32,000 nucleotides of DNA from Synechocystis sp. PCC 6803 substr. PCC-P (GCF_000284455.1 NC_017039.1:1170001-1202000), one strand, 5' to 3'. Positions 22,740-32,000 are shown, counted from the first letter of the stretch. Translations and numbers: made by a program. The notes: a model not told the origin generated them from the sequence alone.

Positions 22740-24563
22740 ATGAGTCCCAAAATTAACTTTCCTTTTTCCGATCTGATTGCAGGTTATGTGACAAGTTACG
22801 ACCAAGAAGCGGATATTTTTGGTCTGAAAACCTCCGACGGCCAAGAGTTTCAGGTCAAACTTAGTCCCATGGCCTACGCCAAAGTGATCCAAAACTTTGA
22901 TGAAGGTTATCCCGATGCCACCGGCACTATGCGGACTTGGTTAACCCCAGGGCGATTTCTCTACGTTTACGGCGTTTTTTACCCTGATACGGCTATTTTT
23001 GACGGGAAACAGGTGGTCTTTGCAGGCAAAAAGCCAGCGGAATACGTGTTTGAGAAACAGGATTGGTGGATTAAACAGGTAAACTCCCTCGGTAAGTTTT
23101 TTATCAAAGCCCAATTTGGCGACGGGGAGATTGATTACCGCCATTACCGCACCGATTTGTCCATGAGTGGGGAGCGGTCAACGGTGAATTTTCGCCAAGA
23201 AACGGATACCATTTCCCGCCTGGTGTACGGCTTTGCTCCCGCCTTTATGATGACCGGGGATGACCAATTTTTGGAGGCGGCGGAAAAAGGTACGGAGTAT
23301 TTACGGGAGCATATGCGCTTTGTCGATAAGGACGAAGACATTATTTACTGGTACCACGCCATTGATGTGCAGGGGGAAAAAGAACAAAAAATCTTTGCGT
23401 CCGAATTTGGCGATGATTACGATGCTATTCCTGCCTACGAACAAATCTACGCTTTAGCCGGCCCCATCCAGACCTACCGTTGCACTGGCGATCGTCGTAT
23501 TCTCCATGACGCAGAACAGACCATTAAACTGTTCGACAAATTTTTCCTAGACAAGAGCGAATATGGGGGGTACTTTTCCCATCTCGACCCTTTGATGTTG
23601 GATCCCCGCAGTGAATCCCTCGGTCCCAACAAAGCCCGGAAGAACTGGAACTCCGTGGGGGATCACGCTCCGGCTTATCTAATTAACCTATGGTTGGCCA
23701 CCGGGGAGCAAAAATATGCCGATATGTTGGAATATACCTTCGACACCATTGAGAAATATTTCCCGGACTACGACCATAGCCCCTTTGTGCAAGAACGTTT
23801 TTACGAAGACTGGAGCCACGACACCACTTGGGGCTGGCAACAAAATCGGGCTGTGGTGGGGCACAACCTCAAAATTGCCTGGAATTTGATGCGGATGAAT
23901 AGCCTCAAGTCCAAAGAAAAATATGTGGAGTTAGCCAAGAAAATTGCTGACCTGATGCCGGCGGTAGGTAGTGACCAACAGCGGGGCGGCTGGTACGACG
24001 TGGTAGAAAGGTTGTTGGATAACCATAGCCGTTGCCATCAATTTGTTTGGCATGACCGCAAAGCCTGGTGGCAACAGGAACAGGCGATTTTGGCCTATCT
24101 AATTTTGGCTGGTATTTTGGACGATGAAGAATACCACCGCCATGGCCAGGAGGCGTCCGCTTTCTATAACGCTTGGTTCCTAGATTTAGAAGATGGGGGC
24201 ATTTACTTTAACGTCCTTGCCAACGGCATTCCCTACCTAGCGGGGGGTAATGAACGGGCTAAGGGTAGTCACTCCATGAGTGGTTACCATTCCTTTGAAC
24301 TTTGTTATCTAGCGGCGGTGTACACCAATTTTCTGATCACCAAGCACCCCATGGATTTCTATTTCAAACCCTTGCCTAACGGTTTCCCCGACGGTATTCT
24401 GCGGGTATCCCCGGATATTCTTCCCCCTGGCAGTGTGGCGATCGCCAGTGTGGAAATTGACGGCAAACCCTATGAAAATTTCGATGCCCAGGGCTTAACT
24501 GTGACCTTACCCGACAGCCAAGAACGGGTCAAAATCAAAGTTCGTTTAGTCCCCACTGCCTAA
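22740..24563 (+). CDS. N-acylglucosamine 2-epimerase (AGE)-like protein, 607 aa
   Basis: (alpha/alpha)6-type motifs ETDTISRLVYGFAPAFMMTGDDQFLEAAEKGTEYLREHM, WGWQQNRAVVGHNLKIAWNLMRM, GGWYDVVE, WWQQEQAILAYLILAG. Extra roughly 110-aa N-terminal part. Confidence 0.85.
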   Translation: MSPKINFPFSDLIAGYVTSYDQEADIFGLKTSDGQEFQVKLSPMAYAKVIQNFDEGYPDATGTMRTWLTPGRFLYVYGVFYPDTAIFDGKQVVFAGKKPAEYVFEKQDWWIKQVNSLGKFFIKAQFGDGEIDYRHYRTDLSMSGERSTVNFRQETDTISRLVYGFAPAFMMTGDDQFLEAAEKGTEYLREHMRFVDKDEDIIYWYHAIDVQGEKEQKIFASEFGDDYDAIPAYEQIYALAGPIQTYRCTGDRRILHDAEQTIKLFDKFFLDKSEYGGYFSHLDPLMLDPRSESLGPNKARKNWNSVGDHAPAYLINLWLATGEQKYADMLEYTFDTIEKYFPDYDHSPFVQERFYEDWSHDTTWGWQQNRAVVGHNLKIAWNLMRMNSLKSKEKYVELAKKIADLMPAVGSDQQRGGWYDVVERLLDNHSRCHQFVWHDRKAWWQQEQAILAYLILAGILDDEEYHRHGQEASAFYNAWFLDLEDGGIYFNVLANGIPYLAGGNERAKGSHSMSGYHSFELCYLAAVYTNFLITKHPMDFYFKPLPNGFPDGILRVSPDILPPGSVAIASVEIDGKPYENFDAQGLTVTLPDSQERVKIKVRLVPTA

Positions 24564-24568
24564 GCCCC

Positions 24569-24898
24569 ATGGATATTCAAATTAATCAACAGGAAGACAT
24601 TACCGTTGTCACCCTTAGCGGGGAAGTGGACGCCAACACGGCCCCGAAAATCCATGAAGTGATTCTGCCCCTAGCGGAACCGGGGTCAAAAATTCTTCTG
24701 GACATGACCGCTGTGCCCTATATGTCCAGCGCGGGGTTACGGCTTTTGCTCTATCTCTACCGCCAAACCACCGCCAACTCAGCCCAATTAGTATTAGTAG
24801 GGCTTTCGGAGGAGTTGATCGACACCATGGCCGTGACCGGATTTCTTGACTTTTTCACCACCCGTCCCACCCTAGCCGAAGGCAAAGAGGCATTTTAG
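24569..24898 (+). CDS. STAS-domain anti-sigma factor antagonist (slr1856-like phosphoprotein), 109 aa
   Basis: DITVVTLSGEVDANTAPKIHEVILPLAEPGSKILLDMTAVPYMSSAGLRLLLYLYRQ. Conserved MSSAGLR phospho-Ser motif. Confidence 0.93.
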   Translation: MDIQINQQEDITVVTLSGEVDANTAPKIHEVILPLAEPGSKILLDMTAVPYMSSAGLRLLLYLYRQTTANSAQLVLVGLSEELIDTMAVTGFLDFFTTRPTLAEGKEAF

Positions 24899-24907
24899 CA
24901 GGACACC

Positions 24908-27031
24908 ATGGAACGCATAGATATTCATCCCACCCACACCGCTAACGGTTACAAACTCCGCTGTGGCCAGCCCTTTCCCTTTGGGGCCACCATTGTGCCG
25001 GGGGGAGTTAATTTTTCCATTTACTCTAGCCATAGCACCGCTTGCACCCTAGTACTGTTCGAGAAGCGGGCTCCCCAGCCCTTTGTGGAGATTCCCTTTC
25101 CAGAATCTTTTCGCATTGGTAATGTCTATTGCATGGTGGTGTTTGACCTGGATTTTGAGAATCTGGAATACGGCTATCGCATGGAAGGCCCCAATAACTT
25201 CCAGCAGGGCCATTGGTTTGACCCCAGTAAAGTCCTTCTTGATCCCTACGCCAAAGTGGTCAGTGGCCGGGATGTTTGGGGCACCCAACCCAATTGGGAC
25301 GATATTTATCAACACCGGGGCCGCCTCAGCTTTGACGATTTTGATTGGGAAAACGATTCCCCCCTGGATGTTCCCCTCGAAGACATGGTCATTTATGAAA
25401 TGCATGTGCGGGGTTTCACCAAAGATCCTTCCTCCGGAGTAAAGGAAAATCACCGGGGCACCTTCGCCGGCATTCTCAGCAAAATTCCCTATCTACAGGA
25501 ATTGGGTGTTAATACCATCGAATTAATGCCGATATTCGAGTTTGATGAGTTTGAACATAGTCGTTACCACCCAGAAACGGGGGAATTTTTAGTTAACTAC
25601 TGGGGTTATAGCACCGTTAACTTTTTTGCACCTAAAGCGGGTTACGCTGCCACCGGTAAATTCGGCATGCAGATTGACGAGTTGAAAAACTTAGTCAAGG
25701 AACTGCATAAAGTAGGTATTTCCGTCATTTTGGATGTGGTTTTTAACCATACGGCGGAGGGCAATGAACGGGGCCCCACCATTTCCTTTCGAGGATTGGA
25801 TAACAAAACCTATTACATGCTCACCCCGGAGGGTTACTATTTCAACTTTAGTGGCACTGGCAATACCTTAAACTGCAATAATCCCATTGTGCGGGGCATG
25901 GTGCTGGACTGTCTGCGATACTGGACAGCGGAATTTCATATTGATGGTTTTCGCTTTGATTTAGCCTCTATTTTGGGAAGGGATCCCTGGGGCTACCCCT
26001 TGGCCAATCCCCCTCTTTTGGAAACCCTGGCCTTTGATCCCATTTTGGCCCGTTCCAAACTTATTGCTGAAGCCTGGGATGCCGGTGGGCTATACCAAGT
26101 AGGATCTTTTCCCAGTTATGGCCGCTGGGCCGAATGGAATGGGAAATACCGAGATACGGTGCGAAAATTTATTAAAGGAGATGCGGGGGTAATTGGGGAA
26201 ATGGCCCAAAGGCTACAGGGTTCCCCCGACCTTTATCAAGGAGCCGGACGACCTCCCTCCACTTCGATCAATTTTGTGACGGCCCACGACGGCTTTACCC
26301 TGGCGGATTTGGTGGCCTATAACGGCAAACATAATTACGCTAACGGGGAAAATGGCAATGATGGAGCCAACGACAATTACAGTTGGAACTGCGGGGTAGA
26401 AGGTCCCACCGATAACCCTGATATCCTCAGACTCCGGGCCCGGCAAATGCGGAATGCGATCGCCATTTTGTTGGTGAGTCAGGGGGTGCCCATGCTGTTG
26501 ATGGGAGACGAAATGGGCAAAACCCAAGACGGCAACAATAATACCTATTGCCACGATTCCCCTTTCAATTGGCTCAATTGGCATTTACTTGAACAAAACC
26601 AGGCTTGGTTTCGGTTTGTCAAACACTGCATTGCTTTCCGTCTAGCCCACCCTGTATTACGCAACAGTGAACATTTCCAAAACTGCGATTACCTTGGTGT
26701 GGGATTTCCCGATATTAGTTGGCACGGAGTCAAGCCCTGGCACGCTGACTGGTCCGCCGATAGCCGAGTTTTAGCTTTTATGCTTTGTGGTCGCCATGCC
26801 AAAGGTGGCCGAGTTAAGGATAATCAAATTTATGTGGCCATGAATATGCATTACGAAAGTCTTTGGTTTGAACTGCCAGCTCCCCCGGTGGGCACCACTT
26901 GGCACGTTTTCGCCAACACAGGGGCCCAGCCTCCAGAAGATATCCATCCCCCTGGGCAGGAGCCCCCCCTCTCTTCCCAATCATCCCTACTCATTGGCGA
27001 TCGGAGTGTTGTTATTTTACTGGCTAAATAA
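24908..27031 (+). CDS. glgX: Glycogen debranching enzyme / isoamylase, 707 aa
   Basis: FNHTAEGN, IDGFRFDLASILGRD, LIAEAWDAGG, FVTAHDGFTLADLVAYNGKHNYANGENGNDGANDNYSWNCGVEG: GH13 isoamylase/GlgX signatures. Confidence 0.95.
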   Translation: MERIDIHPTHTANGYKLRCGQPFPFGATIVPGGVNFSIYSSHSTACTLVLFEKRAPQPFVEIPFPESFRIGNVYCMVVFDLDFENLEYGYRMEGPNNFQQGHWFDPSKVLLDPYAKVVSGRDVWGTQPNWDDIYQHRGRLSFDDFDWENDSPLDVPLEDMVIYEMHVRGFTKDPSSGVKENHRGTFAGILSKIPYLQELGVNTIELMPIFEFDEFEHSRYHPETGEFLVNYWGYSTVNFFAPKAGYAATGKFGMQIDELKNLVKELHKVGISVILDVVFNHTAEGNERGPTISFRGLDNKTYYMLTPEGYYFNFSGTGNTLNCNNPIVRGMVLDCLRYWTAEFHIDGFRFDLASILGRDPWGYPLANPPLLETLAFDPILARSKLIAEAWDAGGLYQVGSFPSYGRWAEWNGKYRDTVRKFIKGDAGVIGEMAQRLQGSPDLYQGAGRPPSTSINFVTAHDGFTLADLVAYNGKHNYANGENGNDGANDNYSWNCGVEGPTDNPDILRLRARQMRNAIAILLVSQGVPMLLMGDEMGKTQDGNNNTYCHDSPFNWLNWHLLEQNQAWFRFVKHCIAFRLAHPVLRNSEHFQNCDYLGVGFPDISWHGVKPWHADWSADSRVLAFMLCGRHAKGGRVKDNQIYVAMNMHYESLWFELPAPPVGTTWHVFANTGAQPPEDIHPPGQEPPLSSQSSLLIGDRSVVILLAK

Positions 27032-27090
27032 ATTGTCTTAAATTTCCCTTTCCCTTCAATTCACCATTATTTAGATTTTTGTAAAAAACC

Positions 27091-27417
27091 ATGGCTTTCA
27101 ACATCGAATCGGAAATTATTAATAACGCTGCTAAATTAACCCTAATTGGTGAACTAGACGGCGGTACTGCTCCTTTGTTTAAGGAAAAAATCGAAGAAGT
27201 TGCCCAAGCAGAAATTTCAAAACTAGTGTTAATGATGGATCAATTGGAATATATGTCCAGTGCCGGTTTACGTATCTTAGTTTTTGCCAAACAAAAAATG
27301 GGCAGTGGCGTGGAAATATTTTTAGTGGGTACCCAGGAAATGGTCAATGATACTATTGAGCAAACTGGATTACACCACAGTTTTCATTTAGTGGAAAGCT
27401 ATGATTTTCATTCCTAG
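27091..27417 (+). CDS. Second STAS-domain anti-sigma factor antagonist (slr1859-like), 108 aa
   Basis: AAKLTLIGELDGGTAPLFKEKIEEVAQAEISKLVLMMDQLEYMSSAGLRILVFAKQKM. Confidence 0.93.
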   Translation: MAFNIESEIINNAAKLTLIGELDGGTAPLFKEKIEEVAQAEISKLVLMMDQLEYMSSAGLRILVFAKQKMGSGVEIFLVGTQEMVNDTIEQTGLHHSFHLVESYDFHS

Positions 27418-27516
27418 ACAACAAAGTTTTGCCAGTGCATAGTTGAAAATCAACCGCATAAATGGAGGAGATAGAATATTAGTAAGGAGCTAAATTACTT
27501 TTGGTAAATTAAACCA

Positions 27517-29421
27517 ATGAAAATGAAACTGATTCAACCTTTCATACAATCAATTCGGTTTCGCATTGTTGGACTTCTCCTGCTTTGTCTGATTCCTCCT
27601 ACCTTAGGAGGGATTTTTCTTATCGACTCCTATACCGGAAGACAATTAAAAAAAATTGCAGAGCAAGATCTTCAAAGCCGGGCAAGATTGATTATCCAAT
27701 TGATTTCCCGTTCAGATCGAGAGCGTCAACAAAGTACAGCTTTTGTTGCTTCCCAACCGGCAATAGTCGAATTCAACGTTGAAGCATCTCAGTATTTTTT
27801 AAACGAGTTCATTAAATTTCACCAATGGAATGGGTTCTTCGTTGTTGCCAACCAAGAGGGGGAACTAGTTGCGGGCAGTGATGGTGCCAACCAAGAAAAA
27901 GGATTACCTCTTAAGCACTGGTTTGAAGAAGTAAAAGATAAAAATCGACATTTAAACCGGTTATTTCCTGGAAAGACCTATGCAGAGAGCAAAGATTGTT
28001 TAATTGTGCCTATCCACAGCAAAAATGATCAAACTCAAATTGGCATTGTTGTGGAATGTATTCCCTTACCAGTTATTGCTGATTTTGTTCAAAAAATTTT
28101 AAAAGATGCTGAGCTTGAGCGTATTTTATTAGTCAATTATGAGGGGTATATTTATGCCGACACCGATTTCAAAAATTACGGCGTACTAGAAAACAAAAAA
28201 AAATCTCCCCTTGTCAATCGGCTGCTCAATGACCAAAGTGGGTTTGTTTATAGTCAAGGTAAGTTTTCCTATCTTTCTCCCGTCCATCTGCGGGGAGCCA
28301 AAACCTGGGGATTAATTGTAGAAAATTCAGAATCTGACATTCAAGCAGCTATTTTGAATGTTAATAGAATTGGTTATCTGCTAGTTTTAGTAATTGGGGG
28401 AATTGTGGCCTATGCTTCCTGGATGGTAATCCACCACAGCACGGTTCCTATTTTGGATCTAACTAAGGCTTCCCAAGCGATCGCCGCGGGAGATTTAGAT
28501 TATGAAATCAATATTAACCAGGGCAATCGTCAGGATGAAATTGGTATTTTGGGTAATAGTTTTATCTACATGAAAAACCAAATTAAAACCCTGATAGCTC
28601 AGGAAGTTAAGGATGGGGTTAACCGTTTGGAATTAGAAAAAGGTCGACAAATTCAGCAAAACTTTTTACCCATTAGCTTGCCTGATTTACAACAGTGGCA
28701 GATAAATGCTGTTTTTGAACCGGCTCGCTCTGTTTCTGGAGACTTTTATGACGCCTTTTTGTTAGGTGATGATTATTTGGCGATCGTGATTGGTGACGTA
28801 TGCGATAAAGGGGTAGGTGCCGCTATGTTTATGGGGTTATTCCGCAGTTTATTGAGGGTATTTTCTGGGGAAACAATGCCTGGGGACACCTGTATCCGCG
28901 ACGTTAACTATAAATGCAGCGCCAATGATGGCAATGGCAAAAAAAAGGTTATCGTGCAATTTTTAAATGCAGTGCGACTCACTAATGATTACATTGCCAC
29001 AGAACACGGAGACATGGCCATGTTTGCCACTCTATTTTTTGGTGTAATTGATATTAGTAATGGTAATCTGAGCTATATCAATGCTGGCCATGAACCAGTT
29101 TTTATCTTAAATTCTGAGGGTATTAAGCATAGATTAAAATCCACTGGTCCTGCGGTAGGAATGATGCCCAATTCTACTTTTACAATTGATAGTTTAAAAA
29201 TTGATCCTGGAGAAATGTTGATTGGTTATACTGATGGCGTTACCGATGCTCGATCGCCAACTAAAGAATTTTTTGGTCGTCAACGATTGATGGAAACATT
29301 AACAGCCAATTTTTCAGCAAAAACAGAAATTCTAGACATAATTAAACAAGAATTAATCGGACATATTGATGGTTCTATTCAGTTCGACGACATTACTATG
29401 ATTGCTGTTTACCGTAATTAG
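27517..29421 (+). CDS. icfG: IcfG: membrane PP2C/SpoIIE-type protein serine phosphatase with periplasmic sensor region and HAMP domain, 634 aa
   Basis: N-terminal TM, extracytoplasmic region, second TM, HAMP-like STVPILDLTKASQAIAAGDLDYE...DEIGILGNSF, and PP2C-type FEPARSVSGDFYDAFLLGDDYLAIVIGDVCDKGVGAAMFMG...LLIGYTDGVTDARS-type motifs. Confidence 0.95.
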   Translation: MKMKLIQPFIQSIRFRIVGLLLLCLIPPTLGGIFLIDSYTGRQLKKIAEQDLQSRARLIIQLISRSDRERQQSTAFVASQPAIVEFNVEASQYFLNEFIKFHQWNGFFVVANQEGELVAGSDGANQEKGLPLKHWFEEVKDKNRHLNRLFPGKTYAESKDCLIVPIHSKNDQTQIGIVVECIPLPVIADFVQKILKDAELERILLVNYEGYIYADTDFKNYGVLENKKKSPLVNRLLNDQSGFVYSQGKFSYLSPVHLRGAKTWGLIVENSESDIQAAILNVNRIGYLLVLVIGGIVAYASWMVIHHSTVPILDLTKASQAIAAGDLDYEININQGNRQDEIGILGNSFIYMKNQIKTLIAQEVKDGVNRLELEKGRQIQQNFLPISLPDLQQWQINAVFEPARSVSGDFYDAFLLGDDYLAIVIGDVCDKGVGAAMFMGLFRSLLRVFSGETMPGDTCIRDVNYKCSANDGNGKKKVIVQFLNAVRLTNDYIATEHGDMAMFATLFFGVIDISNGNLSYINAGHEPVFILNSEGIKHRLKSTGPAVGMMPNSTFTIDSLKIDPGEMLIGYTDGVTDARSPTKEFFGRQRLMETLTANFSAKTEILDIIKQELIGHIDGSIQFDDITMIAVYRN

Positions 29422-29426
29422 GTGCC

Positions 29427-29858
29427 ATGACTATTTTAAATTTTTCCGCTGATCTAAATGCCTTAAACAGCATTGGCAAACATATTCTAGAGCAAGCTCA
29501 AGCGGTTGGATTACCCAAAAAAAGAGCTTATAAACTAAGATTGGCGGTGGATGAACTAGCAACTAATATTATTAATTATGGCTATGCCAATGCACCGGGT
29601 CATAATCAAATTAGCATCCAAGTAGAAGCGGATGATTGTCAATTAAAGGTTACTATGGTGGACACTGGCTTGCCCTACGATCCCCGCGATCGCCAATTTG
29701 ATCAATCAATTCTTAGTCTGGAAGCAGAAGATCGACCCATCGGTGGACTAGGGATTTTTTTGGCTCTGCAAAGTGTAGATGAATTTACCTATGAAGTGAG
29801 GGGAAATAAAAATATTAGTTGTTTAGTCATGAATTTTGATCCTCCGGGCAATGATTAA
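29427..29858 (+). CDS. RsbW-like serine-protein kinase / anti-sigma regulatory factor (slr1861-like), 143 aa
   Basis: KLRLAVDELATNIINYGYAN (N-box), MVDTGLPYDPRD, GGLGIFLALQSVDEFTYEV: HATPase_c RsbW-type. Confidence 0.93.
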   Translation: MTILNFSADLNALNSIGKHILEQAQAVGLPKKRAYKLRLAVDELATNIINYGYANAPGHNQISIQVEADDCQLKVTMVDTGLPYDPRDRQFDQSILSLEAEDRPIGGLGIFLALQSVDEFTYEVRGNKNISCLVMNFDPPGND

Positions 29859-29962
29859 TGTTACGAGAGAAAGTAAATTAATTGAATAATTGCTACAATT
29901 ACCAACATTTAAATATTTGATTTGCCCACTGCAACCTTTTCTTTGTTATTGTTTCTTTTTTC

Positions 29963-32000
29963 ATGGCGATGTTACCTCTGCCAAACTATTGCCGTATTGC
30001 CCCGCGCCAACCAGAACCATTATCTAAATTTCACGGCCAGCAGTCTATTAGGTTGCAAAGTTTTCCTGAGCTCTGTTTAAGTTTACCTGAAGGCAGTCAT
30101 TATTTGACTGCAAGAATGAATTTATATGAACATTTTGGTCATGATCAGGTGTTTAAAGCTTGCATTGATTACCTAGAAAAAGCCCTAGAAAAATTGGGAA
30201 TACTAGATAGCGATATTCCAGCTAGGTTATTACTAGTTTTTCCGGATCACACCCGCACCGCCATTGCGGTTCGCCTACTGTTAGACGCTATTTTTTACTT
30301 CCAGGAAACCTATAAGCATTTACAATTCAGCATCCTTTTTGGTTTAGGTACCCATCCCCCTATGACACATAAAAGTGTGAGTGAATATTTGGGGGGGGAG
30401 CGTTATCAAAAATTGATTAATCTGGGAATTACTATTCGTCAACAGACCACAATTGCCCCCCTGGAACCCCAAGTAAAAATTAAGGTGCAAGATCGATTAA
30501 AAATTGATGAAGTTTCCAATTACAGTTTTGCAAATTTGAATAGAAACACTGCCCAGTTACAAGAAGTGATCGCCGATTTAAATACGGTTAATTTATCTGA
30601 TTTAGATGAAAATTTATTGATAAAAAACCAATTTGATTTTCCTAATCAAACCAATGAGTTAAATCAAAAACCTCAAATAAAAACAACAAAACTATCCGAT
30701 AATTTCAATCCGTCTCAAGAATATTTTCTTTCTTTGCCTGGGGAATTGTGGCAACATCACCTTACTATTGTAGCAGGAGACACAGAGATACATCCCTACG
30801 AAAGAAGGGGCGGAAGTGGCGGCTTGAATAAAATGTTAGTGGTAGGTTTGGCCAATATTCAGGCCATTCGTCGTAGTCATAGCACCAAAGTTTTACTAAG
30901 TTCGCCAATCAGTCTAGACCTAACACAAAATGCCTTTGTTCATACCTTGGATTATTTAGTAGAGTGCTTTAATCAATCTCTATTAACTCGTACTCCTTGC
31001 CTTGCTCGCACCTATCCCCTCGGCTTTTCCGTTGTTTCCTTGGAAAATCAGCATGTTAATGGTTTTTGGTTCGGCCAAAAGGATCAAGACCGACAAGCTC
31101 TGACGGCGATCGCCAAAGAAAGTCGCACTGTTCATTTACCAGAAAAAATTCATATTCTAGTGGTGGATACAGATATCAAAAAAGGCACTGATATTTTAGC
31201 TGGCGCTAGAGCTTTACAATACGTATGCGAGTGGGATAGTCAAGAAAATTGTCTGCTAGCCGATACTCCTCGTCAAAGAGTTGCCCTCCTATTTAACCCT
31301 TGTCTGGAACAACAAAACCATGGTGGTATTGGTAACCAAGGGACTAAAAAGCAATTAGATGTCTTGCAAAAAATAGTGCACAGCAAAATAAAATTATTTA
31401 GTAGTCAGTTACAAATGTGTGAAAATTTCGATGATGTAATTGGTATTATCAAAACTTACCGTCGACAAGTTTTAACTGCTTGGTATCACCATTTACAACT
31501 CATTAGTGAATTTGATGATTTTCTTGTAATGATCAGAAATGTAGTGTTGATTATCCAAGAGTTGCCTAACTCATCTAAACACCAAATTAATACTAGGGAA
31601 TTTCTGCAAGCAACCTTAGCCAATTATGCCAATGAATACAGTGAAGAGGCAAAATCTATTCAAGAATTACTTGATATTTATCTCACCCACGAAAATTTAG
31701 GAGCAGTGATTACTAAAATAGATCAACTCCAGCAATATTATCAATTATCTGAAGGTTTGGGAGAAGGTGGGCAAAGAGTTTTACGTTGTTTAAAATTACT
31801 GCATAAATTTGAAACTTTTTTGCTAGCCACGGACAATCAAACCGTACTAGATTATTTGGCTAAACTAGATCCCGATTTGAACAACTATCTTCCTCCAGCA
31901 TTAAGGAAAATATTAGATAAACAAAAAATTCATCTAAATTTACTAGGAATTCGGGGCATTAATTTGACTGTTTATTCACCCCAACAATGTTTAGAATTAG
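29963..32000 (+). CDS. Diverged nickel-dependent lactate-racemase-like (LarA/DUF2088) protein, partial at the window edge (at least 679 codons); slr1862-like
   Basis: Manual translation is open from ATG 29963 to the edge: MAMLPLPNYCRIAPRQPEPLSKFHGQQ...SDIPARLLLVFPDHTRTAIAVRLLLDAIFYFQETYKHLQFSILFGLGTHPPMTHKSVSEYLGGERYQKLINLG...IHPYERRGGSGGLNKMLVVGLANIQAI. LarA-like D-x-TR, FxLGTHxPMT and G-x-SGG...K blocks. Absent from the supplied track. Confidence 0.8.
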   Translation, partial: MAMLPLPNYCRIAPRQPEPLSKFHGQQSIRLQSFPELCLSLPEGSHYLTARMNLYEHFGHDQVFKACIDYLEKALEKLGILDSDIPARLLLVFPDHTRTAIAVRLLLDAIFYFQETYKHLQFSILFGLGTHPPMTHKSVSEYLGGERYQKLINLGITIRQQTTIAPLEPQVKIKVQDRLKIDEVSNYSFANLNRNTAQLQEVIADLNTVNLSDLDENLLIKNQFDFPNQTNELNQKPQIKTTKLSDNFNPSQEYFLSLPGELWQHHLTIVAGDTEIHPYERRGGSGGLNKMLVVGLANIQAIRRSHSTKVLLSSPISLDLTQNAFVHTLDYLVECFNQSLLTRTPCLARTYPLGFSVVSLENQHVNGFWFGQKDQDRQALTAIAKESRTVHLPEKIHILVVDTDIKKGTDILAGARALQYVCEWDSQENCLLADTPRQRVALLFNPCLEQQNHGGIGNQGTKKQLDVLQKIVHSKIKLFSSQLQMCENFDDVIGIIKTYRRQVLTAWYHHLQLISEFDDFLVMIRNVVLIIQELPNSSKHQINTREFLQATLANYANEYSEEAKSIQELLDIYLTHENLGAVITKIDQLQQYYQLSEGLGEGGQRVLRCLKLLHKFETFLLATDNQTVLDYLAKLDPDLNNYLPPALRKILDKQKIHLNLLGIRGINLTVYSPQQCLEL

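Noticed and set aside
25049-25453. 134-aa reverse and 119-aa forward ORFs overlapping glgX
   Set aside because: Contained within strongly conserved GlgX coding sequence.
1-32000. CRISPR arrays, tRNA/rRNA genes, intact IS elements or prophage modules
   Set aside because: Read for regular repeat-spacer arrays, cloverleaf-like intergenic sequence and transposase/integrase motifs. None was found. The duplication around the giant gene shows no recognised transposase or terminal inverted repeats.

Overview
The window looks like chromosomal DNA of a Synechocystis sp. PCC 6803-type cyanobacterium. This rests on HIP1 GCGATCGC octamers and a gene order I recognise as the icfG cluster; no database search was run. 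Four blocks are visible. (1) At about 1-10.9 kb, a giant 3016-codon secreted/surface-type mosaic gene (Calx-beta, integrin-alpha FG-GAP repeats, RTX-like repeats, Gly-rich insert, Trp-rich C-terminal repeats). It sits between two reciprocally decayed copies of a TRAP-binding-protein/SDR gene pair. (2) At about 11.3-20.6 kb, an unusual paralogue-rich and mostly exported cluster: two GlcG/HbpS-like proteins, three related cupin-like proteins, two tandem WD40 proteins, a Tat-type polysaccharide deacetylase, an alpha/beta hydrolase, a TIM-barrel isomerase/epimerase, an exported ABM-domain protein, and a 56-aa XapX-like membrane ORF missing from the supplied ORF track. (3) At about 21.1-29.9 kb, a co-directional icfG-type block: NTF2/SnoaL-like, carboxymuconolactone-decarboxylase-like, PfpI-like, AGE epimerase-like, STAS, GlgX, STAS, IcfG PP2C phosphatase and RsbW-like kinase. 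(4) From 29963 to the window edge, a long open frame resembling the nickel-dependent lactate racemase family (LarA/DUF2088), also missing from the track. The strongest candidate for an undescribed system is the exported cupin/HbpS/WD40/deacetylase cluster. The strongest structural oddity is the duplicated, decayed sequence flanking the giant gene.
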